Of a stretch of 64,000 bases of DNA, positions 11,087 through 20,453 are shown one piece after another. The notes beneath the pieces are model-generated. The model was given only the letters and a program-made list of their open reading frames with translations. It ran no database searches and was not told the DNA's origin. The DNA lies in the NCBI GenBank assembly GCA_946965045.2, contig OX337230.1, positions 3,658,001-3,722,000 on the forward strand, read 5' to 3'. A program made the position numbers and the translations under genes. Source of the DNA: Epithemia pelagica (lineage: Eukaryota > Protista > Bacillariophyta). The number at the start of each line of letters is the position of its first letter. Within the stretch, counting starts at the first letter, position 1.

Positions 11087-13648
11087 TCATTCCACAAATC
11101 CTTGGTGTCTGTGGCGGAAAAGTCGTGGCACTCGCCGCATGTGATGGCTGTCCATGGACTCGGTTGTGGGAACGGACGTGTAATCACGTTGGCTACTGGA
11201 CTGGAGCGGCAGATGGTCCGTTGGAGTAGAAGTTGCTGCAGAATCCTGTTTTTTTGCGATTTGCAATGGCGGCGACAACCACCGTTGTCGTATATGGATC
11301 ACCAAAACCACATGGAGCACAGTAAAGTACACGCAACACATACCAACGAACCACCACGAATGAACCAGGTACACGCCGTCTTTGGGTGGCTCGTCGTCGA
11401 GCGCCGGCTCATCGATTACAGCCGAAGAGTCGGAATGATTACGAATCATGGGTCCACAGGTACACACACGAGGACAAACCGTGGAAGCCATGGAATCCGG
11501 AGCCAAACACCACCTCTGCCATTCTTCCTCGGAGGAAGCGGAAAGCTGGGCACAGGTAGACCAAGCTGTATGGATCTTCACAATGACGGCTTGAGGATCA
11601 TCCTCTTGTACCTCTGGCGTGTGGTCGTTGTCACTATGAGGATTGCAAACAATCCTGTTGTTGTCATTGTGGCTCTGTGGATTTTCGTTGGACGTGCCGT
11701 TCTTGGTTTCATCCAATCCCAACCAGTCGGACATGTTGTGCTTTGCCAATTCATCCGGCAGATCAAGGTATTGTGTGCTGGGTAGAGGTGGTGTTTGATG
11801 CACAATAGTGGGGTCCACGGGCTGGAACTGCTTGGTTTGAAACCATTCCGCCAAGGTAGGAGGAGTATAGGGATTTGTAAACGAGGTTGGCCAAAACATG
11901 GAATGCCGAAAGGGTGTTTCGGGAGCAGCGGTCACATTGATTTGGACAATGCCCGGACCACCTCCGGAAAAGCCATCCCGAATCTTTTCCCTCACATCCT
12001 GTTCGGAAACAGTACGAGTTTGTCCATCATTGCTCCAATAAATATCCTGGAGCAAGCGTACCGTGGCGAGTTCGGTGTAATTTATATGATACCAACCGGA
12101 ATTCATGAAATTCACATTTCCACCTCGAGAAGGAATCGGAATTCTATCACCAAGGACGGCCACACCATTGTCGAGAAAGGTGAGATTCGTCACGTGTCGT
12201 CCGGCATCCAGGGATATATCATCCCAGGTTTTCTTGGTCGTATCGTCCCATGTTTTCCATGGCTCCGAAAAAGCAATCCAAAATCCCACCAGGTTGCGAT
12301 AGATCAACAAGTCTACCGCGGACCATGTCTTATGATAGGCTACAACGTTTTCCACATACAAGTTTCGAGCGGTATTGAATCCAGTCTGGGCAATGCCATT
12401 GCGCCAAAAATAGCAATCCTCGACTCGTCCTCGAGTCCGGTCTACAAGATCGTAGTCGTACCCCATGAACCCGAATTTGTTGCCCATCAAGGTACAATTC
12501 GTGACCACAACTCCCTCACCTCTTGCTGTTGCCACAATGGCCGTGTTGTAGCCAACAAAGGTACTTTGGTCAATGGTCACAACGTCACCAGAGACTTCAA
12601 CAGCCATATTGTGTGTGTTGTACCGTCCCAAGGAAACGCCAACTCCCAAGTTTACCGCATCGAACTGCGATTGTGAAATTCTTACATCTAATCGACTTGA
12701 ACCGCATTTTCGGTGCTTTACGAGACCACTGGCGCCCTGTGGCGTAACAAACAAGGAACGATGAATGTGCACTTTACCCGCCGAGGCTGCAATCGCATAG
12801 GAGGTGCGACCCCGACCCGACACGTGAAAGCGACTGTGCGAAATCTCCACATTGCCCAAACTATCTAAACATCGCGACAAGAATTGGCACTGCCAATGTC
12901 GGGCAAGAATCGTAGGTTGTGGATCATCCCTGTTGTTGCTCTTATAATCACGCAATTCACCCAGGGTTTGCAAGCCAGGACTTTGTTTGTCACCACGTCT
13001 CTCATTCGTCTCGGTCTTGTCATGACTGGCATTCCAAAAGACGACATGGTCCAAGACAATATGAGCTCCAGGGTGAAGGCTAATACTCACATCGTAATCG
13101 TCCAAAAATACGATCACAAAGGGATCCATTGGAATAGTGTCCTGCTCTTGGCTACTGGAACTATTGTTCCGGCCGTGTTCTTGTTCGGTGGTCATTTCAG
13201 AAACAAGCAACGGTCGTCCTTGAATGATCAAGGTTGCGCCCGGAAAGACCATGACCGTCTTGTCCAAGATCAACGCATTTTCGACAATCTCGGCACTCCA
13301 CGTGGTATTTTCGAGAATCAAGATGCGATTGTCTTGCATCGTCCAATGGTTTGGATTCGTCGTCGTCGTGTTGCTGATATTGTTTTGCTGGCGGACAACG
13401 AGACTACTCAACAGGGGAGCCGTGGAAACACGAGACGAAAAGGAAGAGGACATTGGGTTCGTTTCTTGATGGTTCGAAGGTTGGACCGGATCGTTGACAT
13501 TCTCGGCACTGCCTGTTACTTCTGCGGCTTGTACCATGAATTGGTTCTGATCCTCTGTCACTTTGGCCCATACTAGGACCAAGAAGAGCAGCCTAAGAAA
13601 CATTCGCTGGATCCACCACATTTGGTTTTGCTTGTTTTGAAGGACCAT
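11087..13648 (-). CDS. Secreted, membrane-anchored beta-helix-like protein (paralogue 2, 853 aa)
   Basis: Colinear with 2939..5749, with long identical blocks such as YTPPTLAEWFQTKQFQPVDPTIVHQTPPLPSTQYLDLP and REKIRDGFSGGGPGIVQINVT. Confidence 0.75.
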   Translation of the reverse strand: MVLQNKQNQMWWIQRMFLRLLFLVLVWAKVTEDQNQFMVQAAEVTGSAENVNDPVQPSNHQETNPMSSSFSSRVSTAPLLSSLVVRQQNNISNTTTTNPNHWTMQDNRILILENTTWSAEIVENALILDKTVMVFPGATLIIQGRPLLVSEMTTEQEHGRNNSSSSQEQDTIPMDPFVIVFLDDYDVSISLHPGAHIVLDHVVFWNASHDKTETNERRGDKQSPGLQTLGELRDYKSNNRDDPQPTILARHWQCQFLSRCLDSLGNVEISHSRFHVSGRGRTSYAIAASAGKVHIHRSLFVTPQGASGLVKHRKCGSSRLDVRISQSQFDAVNLGVGVSLGRYNTHNMAVEVSGDVVTIDQSTFVGYNTAIVATARGEGVVVTNCTLMGNKFGFMGYDYDLVDRTRGRVEDCYFWRNGIAQTGFNTARNLYVENVVAYHKTWSAVDLLIYRNLVGFWIAFSEPWKTWDDTTKKTWDDISLDAGRHVTNLTFLDNGVAVLGDRIPIPSRGGNVNFMNSGWYHINYTELATVRLLQDIYWSNDGQTRTVSEQDVREKIRDGFSGGGPGIVQINVTAAPETPFRHSMFWPTSFTNPYTPPTLAEWFQTKQFQPVDPTIVHQTPPLPSTQYLDLPDELAKHNMSDWLGLDETKNGTSNENPQSHNDNNRIVCNPHSDNDHTPEVQEDDPQAVIVKIHTAWSTCAQLSASSEEEWQRWCLAPDSMASTVCPRVCTCGPMIRNHSDSSAVIDEPALDDEPPKDGVYLVHSWWFVGMCCVYFTVLHVVLVIHIRQRWLSPPLQIAKKQDSAATSTPTDHLPLQSSSQRDYTSVPTTESMDSHHMRRVPRLFRHRHQGFVE

Positions 13649-13892
13649 TTCGGTCCTCTCTCACTTATTCGGTTCGTACCAAAAGCAAGTTCTAGAAAAG
13701 ACTGAGATTATCCACTATAATCTACTAGGGACCTCCTGTCGAGTAAGGAGGTATCCAATAATGACCGACAAGATCCGATTCGGCATGACTTCCCCCAGAA
13801 CAATCCCAACGACCGGGATCCGTGAGTCACGCTCTGACCACCTGAATGAAACATCTCAAATCTCAACACACAAATTTTTTGTCACTCTCGTC

Positions 13893-14004
13893 CAAGAAAT
13901 GGTCGCGGTTATGGGCGAGATTTTAGCGAGACATAGACCTCTAGGTTAGAGGTTCCTAATGGTCACTCTTTTAGTTTATGAGTTAATGACATGACCGTAT
14001 TTTG
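13893..14004 (+). repeat. 5' LTR of Copia element 1 (CAAGAAAT...ATTTTG)
   Basis: Identical to 20086-20197 by visual alignment. Confidence 0.95.
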
Positions 14005-14018
14005 GTTTATCAGACCCA
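14005..14018 (+). other. Putative primer-binding site complementary to a tRNA-Ile anticodon arm
   Basis: GTTTATCAGACCCA; reverse complement TGGGT-CTGATAA-AC reads as 5' stem, loop with GAT anticodon, and the first 2 nt of the 3' stem, which pair with the 5' stem. Confidence 0.7.
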
Positions 14019-14441
14019 AGACTCTGATTCGTAAGAAGAAACGATGGCACAATGGGCCTGGGAAGGTCGAGAAATATCTGGATCGGACACACATGGTCCC
14101 ATTTGGATCCGCCCATAGAGAGACATAACTAGTCTCCTACTAACCACGAGAATATCCGACCTGCAACGGGGTTTGGACCGGGTTAGTTTAGAGGTACGGT
14201 CTGCACATGCGCGAACCTCGGGCAATGGCGGACGCGCCACTCTTTGCCGTTGAAAAGAGAAGCCTGCCATGCGACCATGCGGTTATCACAATTATGTGAC
14301 GCTGGACGATAATGAATGCAGCTGTGCACGCTTTCTACTTACGAATCGCCAGCATGACAAACAGAAAGATTGAAACAAAACCACACTTCCGAATAACCGG
14401 AAAGTCTGAAAGAGTCCTGAAAAAGCAAACAATTGGTAACC

Positions 14442-15959
14442 ATGGCAATGCCTGCGCCTCCTGGACCCGTCGTTCCCCCGGCACCTCCAACTCCTCAAGA
14501 ACTACTTCAACAGCTAAATACCTACTTCCAAGGCACGTTGTTGATTAACCAGCAGAACGTACGAGACGCGTTGAATGCACAAGGGCTGATCTCAATCGGC
14601 GATTTCGAAGGTTTGACAGAAGATGACATCGCTGAAATATGCTCCAATGCTAGGAAACCTGGAGGGACGATAGTAAACCCTGACTACGACCCTGTGAATC
14701 CAGTTGCCGGTGTACCTCCTAATATTACTAACCCAGGAGTCCTCGTTGGGCATGTGATAGAGAAACGGTTGAAGATGCTACGTTATTACGTTCATCACCT
14801 GAAGAAGATCTCCCGCAAGTTCGATCCCAACGCAGCGCACGCATCGTTAGAAAACCTCCAAGATTTGTACCGCTTCAAGACGAGTGAGGAAGAATATGAC
14901 AACGACATTGACCTACCAGAACGCTTGACGACTGTCGAGAACATCAGAACCGTCTTAGAAGACCTAGACGATTATTTGGAGAGGAAGCGAGGGTGTACAG
15001 GGATCCCACTGGCTGCGTATACTCGAACGATGCAGACGATCCCTCCAGTGAACATGGACCCTGGATTTGCAACTCCGAGTATTATCCAGGAACTTATTCG
15101 TCGAGCACCTCATTCTGGTCCAACGGCTCTCACGGATAATGAAGCCGTATGGGACGCAGTGCGTCATGTGACACATGATGGACCAGGATGGGGTTGGGTC
15201 CAGTCTTTTAGTAAATCAAGAAATGGACGACAAGCGTATCTGGCACTCAAGACACACTACTTTGGAGATGCCTACCAGACTAGGCTTAGAGCTAAGGCCG
15301 ATCAAGCTCTCGAGACAAATTACTACGACGGTACCAAAAGGAATTTTACTTATGAACGGTACATTGAAACACTACATAGGGCTTTTGCTGACTTGGAATC
15401 CACTGGTGAATTCGTCAGCCATGAGAGAAAAGTCCGTGTTCTGATGACCGGGGTACATGATCCAAGATTGGAAAGTGCCAAAAACACGATTCTGGCAACC
15501 CCAGATTTAAGGGCCACTTTTGAAACAGCGGCAAACTATATGGCCGAAGTATTGGACAACAAGGTCTCATACAGCGCGACGACTCGTAAAGCTCGAATCT
15601 CAGCTGTACAGACAAACAAGAATAGCCAAAATGGGAACGGAAGTAACAAGAAAGGGAAGAATGGTGACAATAAGACCTTCAACCCGAACAAGTACTATCC
15701 ATTTCGCCAATGGATTAAGTTGACCAAGGAGCAGCAACAGATGGTACGAGAAGTACGCGACTCCCAAAATAGCAGTACTAAGAAAAGGGCCACGTCGGCC
15801 ATAAAATCTGGCAAGAGTAATAAGAAGAGGAAGAACGAGAATGGCTCGACAACTTCAACTGCAGAGGATTCATCCAGCAGTGACGGTGATGAAAGCAAGG
15901 AAGCCGGAATCGGAGCCGTCATGAGTCAAAGGAAGAAGAAAGGAAAAGACCGTGTCTGA
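14442..15959 (+). CDS. gag: Gag of Copia element 1
   Basis: ATG at 14442. Gag-like motifs (W.W......GR.A..AL..HY, Y.G..RNFT.E.Y, KVR.L..G..D..L) and a basic C-terminus; ends in TGA at 15957-15959. Confidence 0.9.
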   Translation: MAMPAPPGPVVPPAPPTPQELLQQLNTYFQGTLLINQQNVRDALNAQGLISIGDFEGLTEDDIAEICSNARKPGGTIVNPDYDPVNPVAGVPPNITNPGVLVGHVIEKRLKMLRYYVHHLKKISRKFDPNAAHASLENLQDLYRFKTSEEEYDNDIDLPERLTTVENIRTVLEDLDDYLERKRGCTGIPLAAYTRTMQTIPPVNMDPGFATPSIIQELIRRAPHSGPTALTDNEAVWDAVRHVTHDGPGWGWVQSFSKSRNGRQAYLALKTHYFGDAYQTRLRAKADQALETNYYDGTKRNFTYERYIETLHRAFADLESTGEFVSHERKVRVLMTGVHDPRLESAKNTILATPDLRATFETAANYMAEVLDNKVSYSATTRKARISAVQTNKNSQNGNGSNKKGKNGDNKTFNPNKYYPFRQWIKLTKEQQQMVREVRDSQNSSTKKRATSAIKSGKSNKKRKNENGSTTSTAEDSSSSDGDESKEAGIGAVMSQRKKKGKDRV

Positions 15960-18900
15960 CGGACGGTTAGTACCCTGACAAGTGAGATTGAAACCGAGTC
16001 ATCCACTTGTGAATTGGATAGCCATGCAGACACGTGTTGCCTCGGTAGTGTCTGTCTTGTCTTGTACGAAACGGACAAAGCAGAAGTGAGCGGATTCACT
16101 AATACGCTCGGAAGCATCAAAGAAACACCGATTGTTACCGGAGTAGTAGCATATGACGATGAAAGGACAGGAGAAACTAATCTTCTATATTTCCACCAGT
16201 CGCTACACCTTCCGATGATGGAGAAATGCCTTTTGAACCCAAACCAAATGAGAGAGGCTGGTCTCATAGTCAACGATGTACCGTTGAAATATTTGAAGGA
16301 AGACCAAAGAGAAGCCACTTCACATTCAATAGTTGCGCCTCTTGAAGACAGAAGCGACAACCTCATCATCCCATTCAACTTGGTCGGTGTAATGAGCACT
16401 TTCTCAGTAAGGAAACCGACATGGGATGAAATCCGTGACGTGGAACCGTCGAATAGGATCCAGATGACCAACCAGACACCCGAATGGAGTCCGAATGACT
16501 CAACTAATGATGTTGACGAGAGTAAACTTCGTTTGGATCTGGGGAGCGGTTCGATCCGACACAAGGAATCAAGAACTTTACACCAAAGGATGGCCTGTAT
16601 GGTGCGTGTAAATTCAAGGACGATTGCAGATATTCGGCATCGTCGAAAGGGGACAGTTGACCCTTTAACACTGTCAACAAGGTGGGGAATAGGAATCCCA
16701 ACAGCAGAGAAGACATGTGCTGCAACGACCCAATTGGGAGTGAGAGATTTCTCGGACACGGTCGGCAGCAAACGGTTAAAGCATACGGCGTATCAGTTGA
16801 AGCACCGTAGATTAAGAGCAGACGTGTACACTGATACCCTGTTCTCCGATGTCAAGTCTTTGGCCCAGAATACATGTGGGCAGATATATGCAACGGACTT
16901 CGGATGGGTACAATTTTACCCCATGCAGAGGAAGAAAGAAGCCCATCGGACTCTAGAGAAAGTCTTCAACGATTTCGGCATCTTTAACAGTGTCATTCCC
17001 GATAACGCTCCGGAGTTGACGAGCGGGGAATTTAGAAAGACCGCACATAAGTTTGGTTGTCGAGTAAAGCCTATCGAGGCTTGGACGCCAAATCAGAACT
17101 TAGCGGAAGCCAACATCCGGGAGCTCAAGCGCATGTACAGGCGCGAGATGAGAAGGACGAATTGCCCGGCTGTTCTGTGGGACCATTGCTTGGAGCTTAT
17201 GGCCAGAAGAAGATCCCATACGGTACTGACGACCAGTCCGTATGTTGAAGGTCCGCCAATGAAGGTTCTTACAGGGGACACACCCGACATATCCCATTTG
17301 GTGGAGCATCGTTGGTATGACCCAGTTTGGTATTCCAACCCTGGATTCGAGGGAAGGAAACTGGGACGATGGCTTGGTCCAAGTCATAGTGTTGGACAAG
17401 CCATGAGTTCGAAGATACTCACTGCGAAAGGAAAGATTGTACACAGAACGTCTGTTTGGCCGTTGTCCGTAGAAAAATCCCATGACGAGACCTTCACTGC
17501 GCAAAAGGAGCAATTTAATGATTCGCTCCGAGCAGCATTGGGAGCAAGAATAGAGGGTTTGCCACCGGAAGAAGACGATGAAGAACCTGACGAATATGAC
17601 AATGAAACCCCGCATTATGAACCTTATGAGGATGACGAGCAAGGGGACGTCAGGAAACCCGAGATGGATGAGCAGAAAGTAGATGCCTATGACAAATTGA
17701 TATCGGCGAAGGTAATGCTACCACTCGGCGACTCACTACGATCCGGTCAAGTGAAACGAAGGAAAAGGGACGCAGAAGGCAACTTAGTGGGCAAGGCGTC
17801 GGCAAATCCCTATTTAGACACGTCTATGTACGAAGTGGAGTTTCAATATGGGCATGTTGAAGCTTATGCCGCGAATATAATCGCGGAAAACATCTATGAA
17901 CAGTTAGATGATGAAGGCAACAAATACCGACTGATTGATCAAATAATTGATCACAAGAAGGATGCAACAGCAATCCCACTTTCTAAGGGGACGCTAATGC
18001 TAAACGGACGCGAACACAAGAAAAGGACGACGAGAGGATGGTCGCTCTGTGTTCAATGGCGTGATGGGTCGACGAGTTGGGAACTCCTTAAAGACCTGAA
18101 GGAGTCGAATCCCCTGGAAGTTGCTGAATATGCAGTAGCGAACATGATCGACAAAGAGCCGGCATTCGTATGGTGGGTCAACTTTACGCTTAAAAGGAGA
18201 GACCGCCTCATCAAGGCTGCCAAATCTACGAGGTATATGCGTAAATGGCAGAAGTACGGGATAGAAATTCCCAAGACGGTCGAAAGAGCGCTGCAGATCG
18301 ATAAAGAGACGGGCACAGACTTCTGGGCCAAAGCATTACGTCTCGAAATGTCCAAGATCATTCCGGCAGTCAAGATCCTTGATGAAGGGGCCGCACAACC
18401 TGTTGGGCACCAGGTTATACCCTGTCACATAGTCTTTGACGTTAAAATGGACTTTACCAGGAAGGCCAGGTTTGTTGCTGGAGGTCACAAAACACAAGAA
18501 CCCGAAACACCGACCTACGCGAGTGTCGTTTCGAGGGAGAGCGTTCGGATTGGTTTCTTGTTGGCGGCGTTGAATGGCATCGATGTCATTGCTGCGGATA
18601 TCGCTGGAGCTTATTTAAACGCTCCTTGTCATGAGAAAATCTGCATGAAGTGTGGGTTGGAGTTCGGAACGGAATTCGAAGGCCGATTCGCCATCATAAC
18701 AAAAGCTCTATATGGATTGAAGACCAGTGCATTCGCATGGAGGGAGCATTTGTCAACGACGCTCCAAGAATCTCTTGGTTTCAAGGCTTGTTGTGCAGAC
18801 CCTGATGTTTATATGAGACCGACAGCAAAGGCCGACGGGACTAGATATTACGAGCTGGTATTCATCTACATCGACGATGTTTTGGTATTATCTGATCAAG

Positions 18901-19946
18901 GAAAGAACATCCTCAACATGTTAGACCAGCATTATCTCTTAAAGCCGGATTCGATTGGACCGCCCAAAATCTACCTGGGCAATCAAGTAGAGACCTTCGA
19001 CGTGGACAATGACAGTTCCAAAAGATGTTGGGCATTGAGTTCTCGGAGGTATGCGAAAGAAGCAATCCGTAATGTGCAAACATGGATGGATAGTCGAGGG
19101 ATGCAGTTCAAAACACGTACAGCCGGTGTCCTCCCGAGCGGCTACAGGCCGGAGCTGGACACAAGTGCATATTGCGATCAAGAATGGATGAACTTCTACC
19201 AGCAACAGATAGGCGTTCTACAATGGTTAGTGGAACTTGGCCGGATTGATATTGCAGCGGAAGTTTCTATGTTGGCGGCTTTCTTAGCTGCACCAAGAGA
19301 AGGACACGTCCATGCAATGCTGCATGTTTTCGCGTATATCAATACGCACGACAGATCAAGATTGGTACTGGATCCCGATTATATAGTACATGGTGAGGAA
19401 CCTTCTGTGGATTGGACGGGGTTTTATCCGGATGCAAAAGAGGACATACCCCCAGATGCACCTGAACCACTGGGGAAGGCAGTGCAAATGACCGCCTTCG
19501 TGGATTCTGATCATGCTGGAGATTTGGTAACACGAAGATCCAGAACCGGCGTTTTGATTTATCTGAACCGAGCTCCCATAAACTGGTACAGTAAAAAGCA
19601 GACAAGTGTGGAAACTTCCACCTTTGGGTCTGAATTCATGGCTCTGAAAGTTGGAGTGGAGATGATAAAGGGACTCCGTTACAAGCTCAGAATGATGGGT
19701 GTACCTCTTGACGGCCACACCCATGTCAGAGTGGACAATATGTCGGTTGTCCAAAACAGTTCAAGGCCCGAGTCAGTGTTGCGTAAGAAATCAAATGCAA
19801 TTGCGTATCACTTTGTCCGTGAGAATGTGGCTAATGGTACCTGTCGAATCGCATATGAGCCGTCACGTACTAACCTTGCGGATCTTTTGACAAAGATACA
19901 AACAGGAACAGAAAGGACTCGGTTGGCTTCTTTGATATTGTATTAG
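15960..19946 (+). CDS. pol: Pol (protease, integrase, RT, RNase H) of Copia element 1, in frame with gag after one TGA
   Basis: LDSHADTCC (PR); YTDTLF, IPDNAPE, QNLAEANI (IN); KARFVAGGH, YIDDVL (RT); FVDSDHAGD, GSEFMA, VDNMSV, NLADLLTK (RNase H). The frame is open from 15960. Confidence 0.95.
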   Translation, partial: RTVSTLTSEIETESSTCELDSHADTCCLGSVCLVLYETDKAEVSGFTNTLGSIKETPIVTGVVAYDDERTGETNLLYFHQSLHLPMMEKCLLNPNQMREAGLIVNDVPLKYLKEDQREATSHSIVAPLEDRSDNLIIPFNLVGVMSTFSVRKPTWDEIRDVEPSNRIQMTNQTPEWSPNDSTNDVDESKLRLDLGSGSIRHKESRTLHQRMACMVRVNSRTIADIRHRRKGTVDPLTLSTRWGIGIPTAEKTCAATTQLGVRDFSDTVGSKRLKHTAYQLKHRRLRADVYTDTLFSDVKSLAQNTCGQIYATDFGWVQFYPMQRKKEAHRTLEKVFNDFGIFNSVIPDNAPELTSGEFRKTAHKFGCRVKPIEAWTPNQNLAEANIRELKRMYRREMRRTNCPAVLWDHCLELMARRRSHTVLTTSPYVEGPPMKVLTGDTPDISHLVEHRWYDPVWYSNPGFEGRKLGRWLGPSHSVGQAMSSKILTAKGKIVHRTSVWPLSVEKSHDETFTAQKEQFNDSLRAALGARIEGLPPEEDDEEPDEYDNETPHYEPYEDDEQGDVRKPEMDEQKVDAYDKLISAKVMLPLGDSLRSGQVKRRKRDAEGNLVGKASANPYLDTSMYEVEFQYGHVEAYAANIIAENIYEQLDDEGNKYRLIDQIIDHKKDATAIPLSKGTLMLNGREHKKRTTRGWSLCVQWRDGSTSWELLKDLKESNPLEVAEYAVANMIDKEPAFVWWVNFTLKRRDRLIKAAKSTRYMRKWQKYGIEIPKTVERALQIDKETGTDFWAKALRLEMSKIIPAVKILDEGAAQPVGHQVIPCHIVFDVKMDFTRKARFVAGGHKTQEPETPTYASVVSRESVRIGFLLAALNGIDVIAADIAGAYLNAPCHEKICMKCGLEFGTEFEGRFAIITKALYGLKTSAFAWREHLSTTLQESLGFKACCADPDVYMRPTAKADGTRYYELVFIYIDDVLVLSDQGKNILNMLDQHYLLKPDSIGPPKIYLGNQVETFDVDNDSSKRCWALSSRRYAKEAIRNVQTWMDSRGMQFKTRTAGVLPSGYRPELDTSAYCDQEWMNFYQQQIGVLQWLVELGRIDIAAEVSMLAAFLAAPREGHVHAMLHVFAYINTHDRSRLVLDPDYIVHGEEPSVDWTGFYPDAKEDIPPDAPEPLGKAVQMTAFVDSDHAGDLVTRRSRTGVLIYLNRAPINWYSKKQTSVETSTFGSEFMALKVGVEMIKGLRYKLRMMGVPLDGHTHVRVDNMSVVQNSSRPESVLRKKSNAIAYHFVRENVANGTCRIAYEPSRTNLADLLTKIQTGTERTRLASLILY

Positions 19947-20085
19947 TACGTTTCCCACTGACTGCAAAGCGGGTTTGGGTACGTCCTGCACTCATAAGAA
20001 TTGGGCTTTAAGCAGGTCATGAAGGAATATAATGATGAATGGGGACACGATTACCCTAGCAATGGCCAGAGAATCGTGAGGGGAC

Positions 20086-20197
20086 CAAGAAATGGTCGCG
20101 GTTATGGGCGAGATTTTAGCGAGACATAGACCTCTAGGTTAGAGGTTCCTAATGGTCACTCTTTTAGTTTATGAGTTAATGACATGACCGTATTTTG
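20086..20197 (+). repeat. 3' LTR of Copia element 1
   Basis: Identical to 13893-14004. Confidence 0.95.
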
Positions 20198-20453
20198 CGT
20201 CGTTGTCCTTTTCCACTTCTTGGGGGTGGGGGGCTCTGTTGTCATGATCAAGTAGATTCTTCTACGGATATTGGTAAGGAGGTAATAGGAGGTATCTGGT
20301 AAGGACCGTTCTTCCCAGAGTTCCCCAAGGACCGGGACTCAACTGAGTCATCATAGGGGTCGCACAACAGGCCCTTCGAATCGCGTTTCCGATTTTTTGT
20401 GACATCAGAAAAAATGGACGCCAACAAAACTCGACACGTCGGCGTCCTTGACA

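Larger units (their letters stand above)
13893..20197 (+). mobile_element. Full-length Ty1/Copia (CoDi-like) LTR retrotransposon, element 1
   Basis: Identical 112-bp LTRs, flanked by CGTC at 13889-13892 and 20198-20201. Domain order gag, PR, IN, RT, RNase H. Purine tract GAGGGGA before the 3' LTR. Confidence 0.97.
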
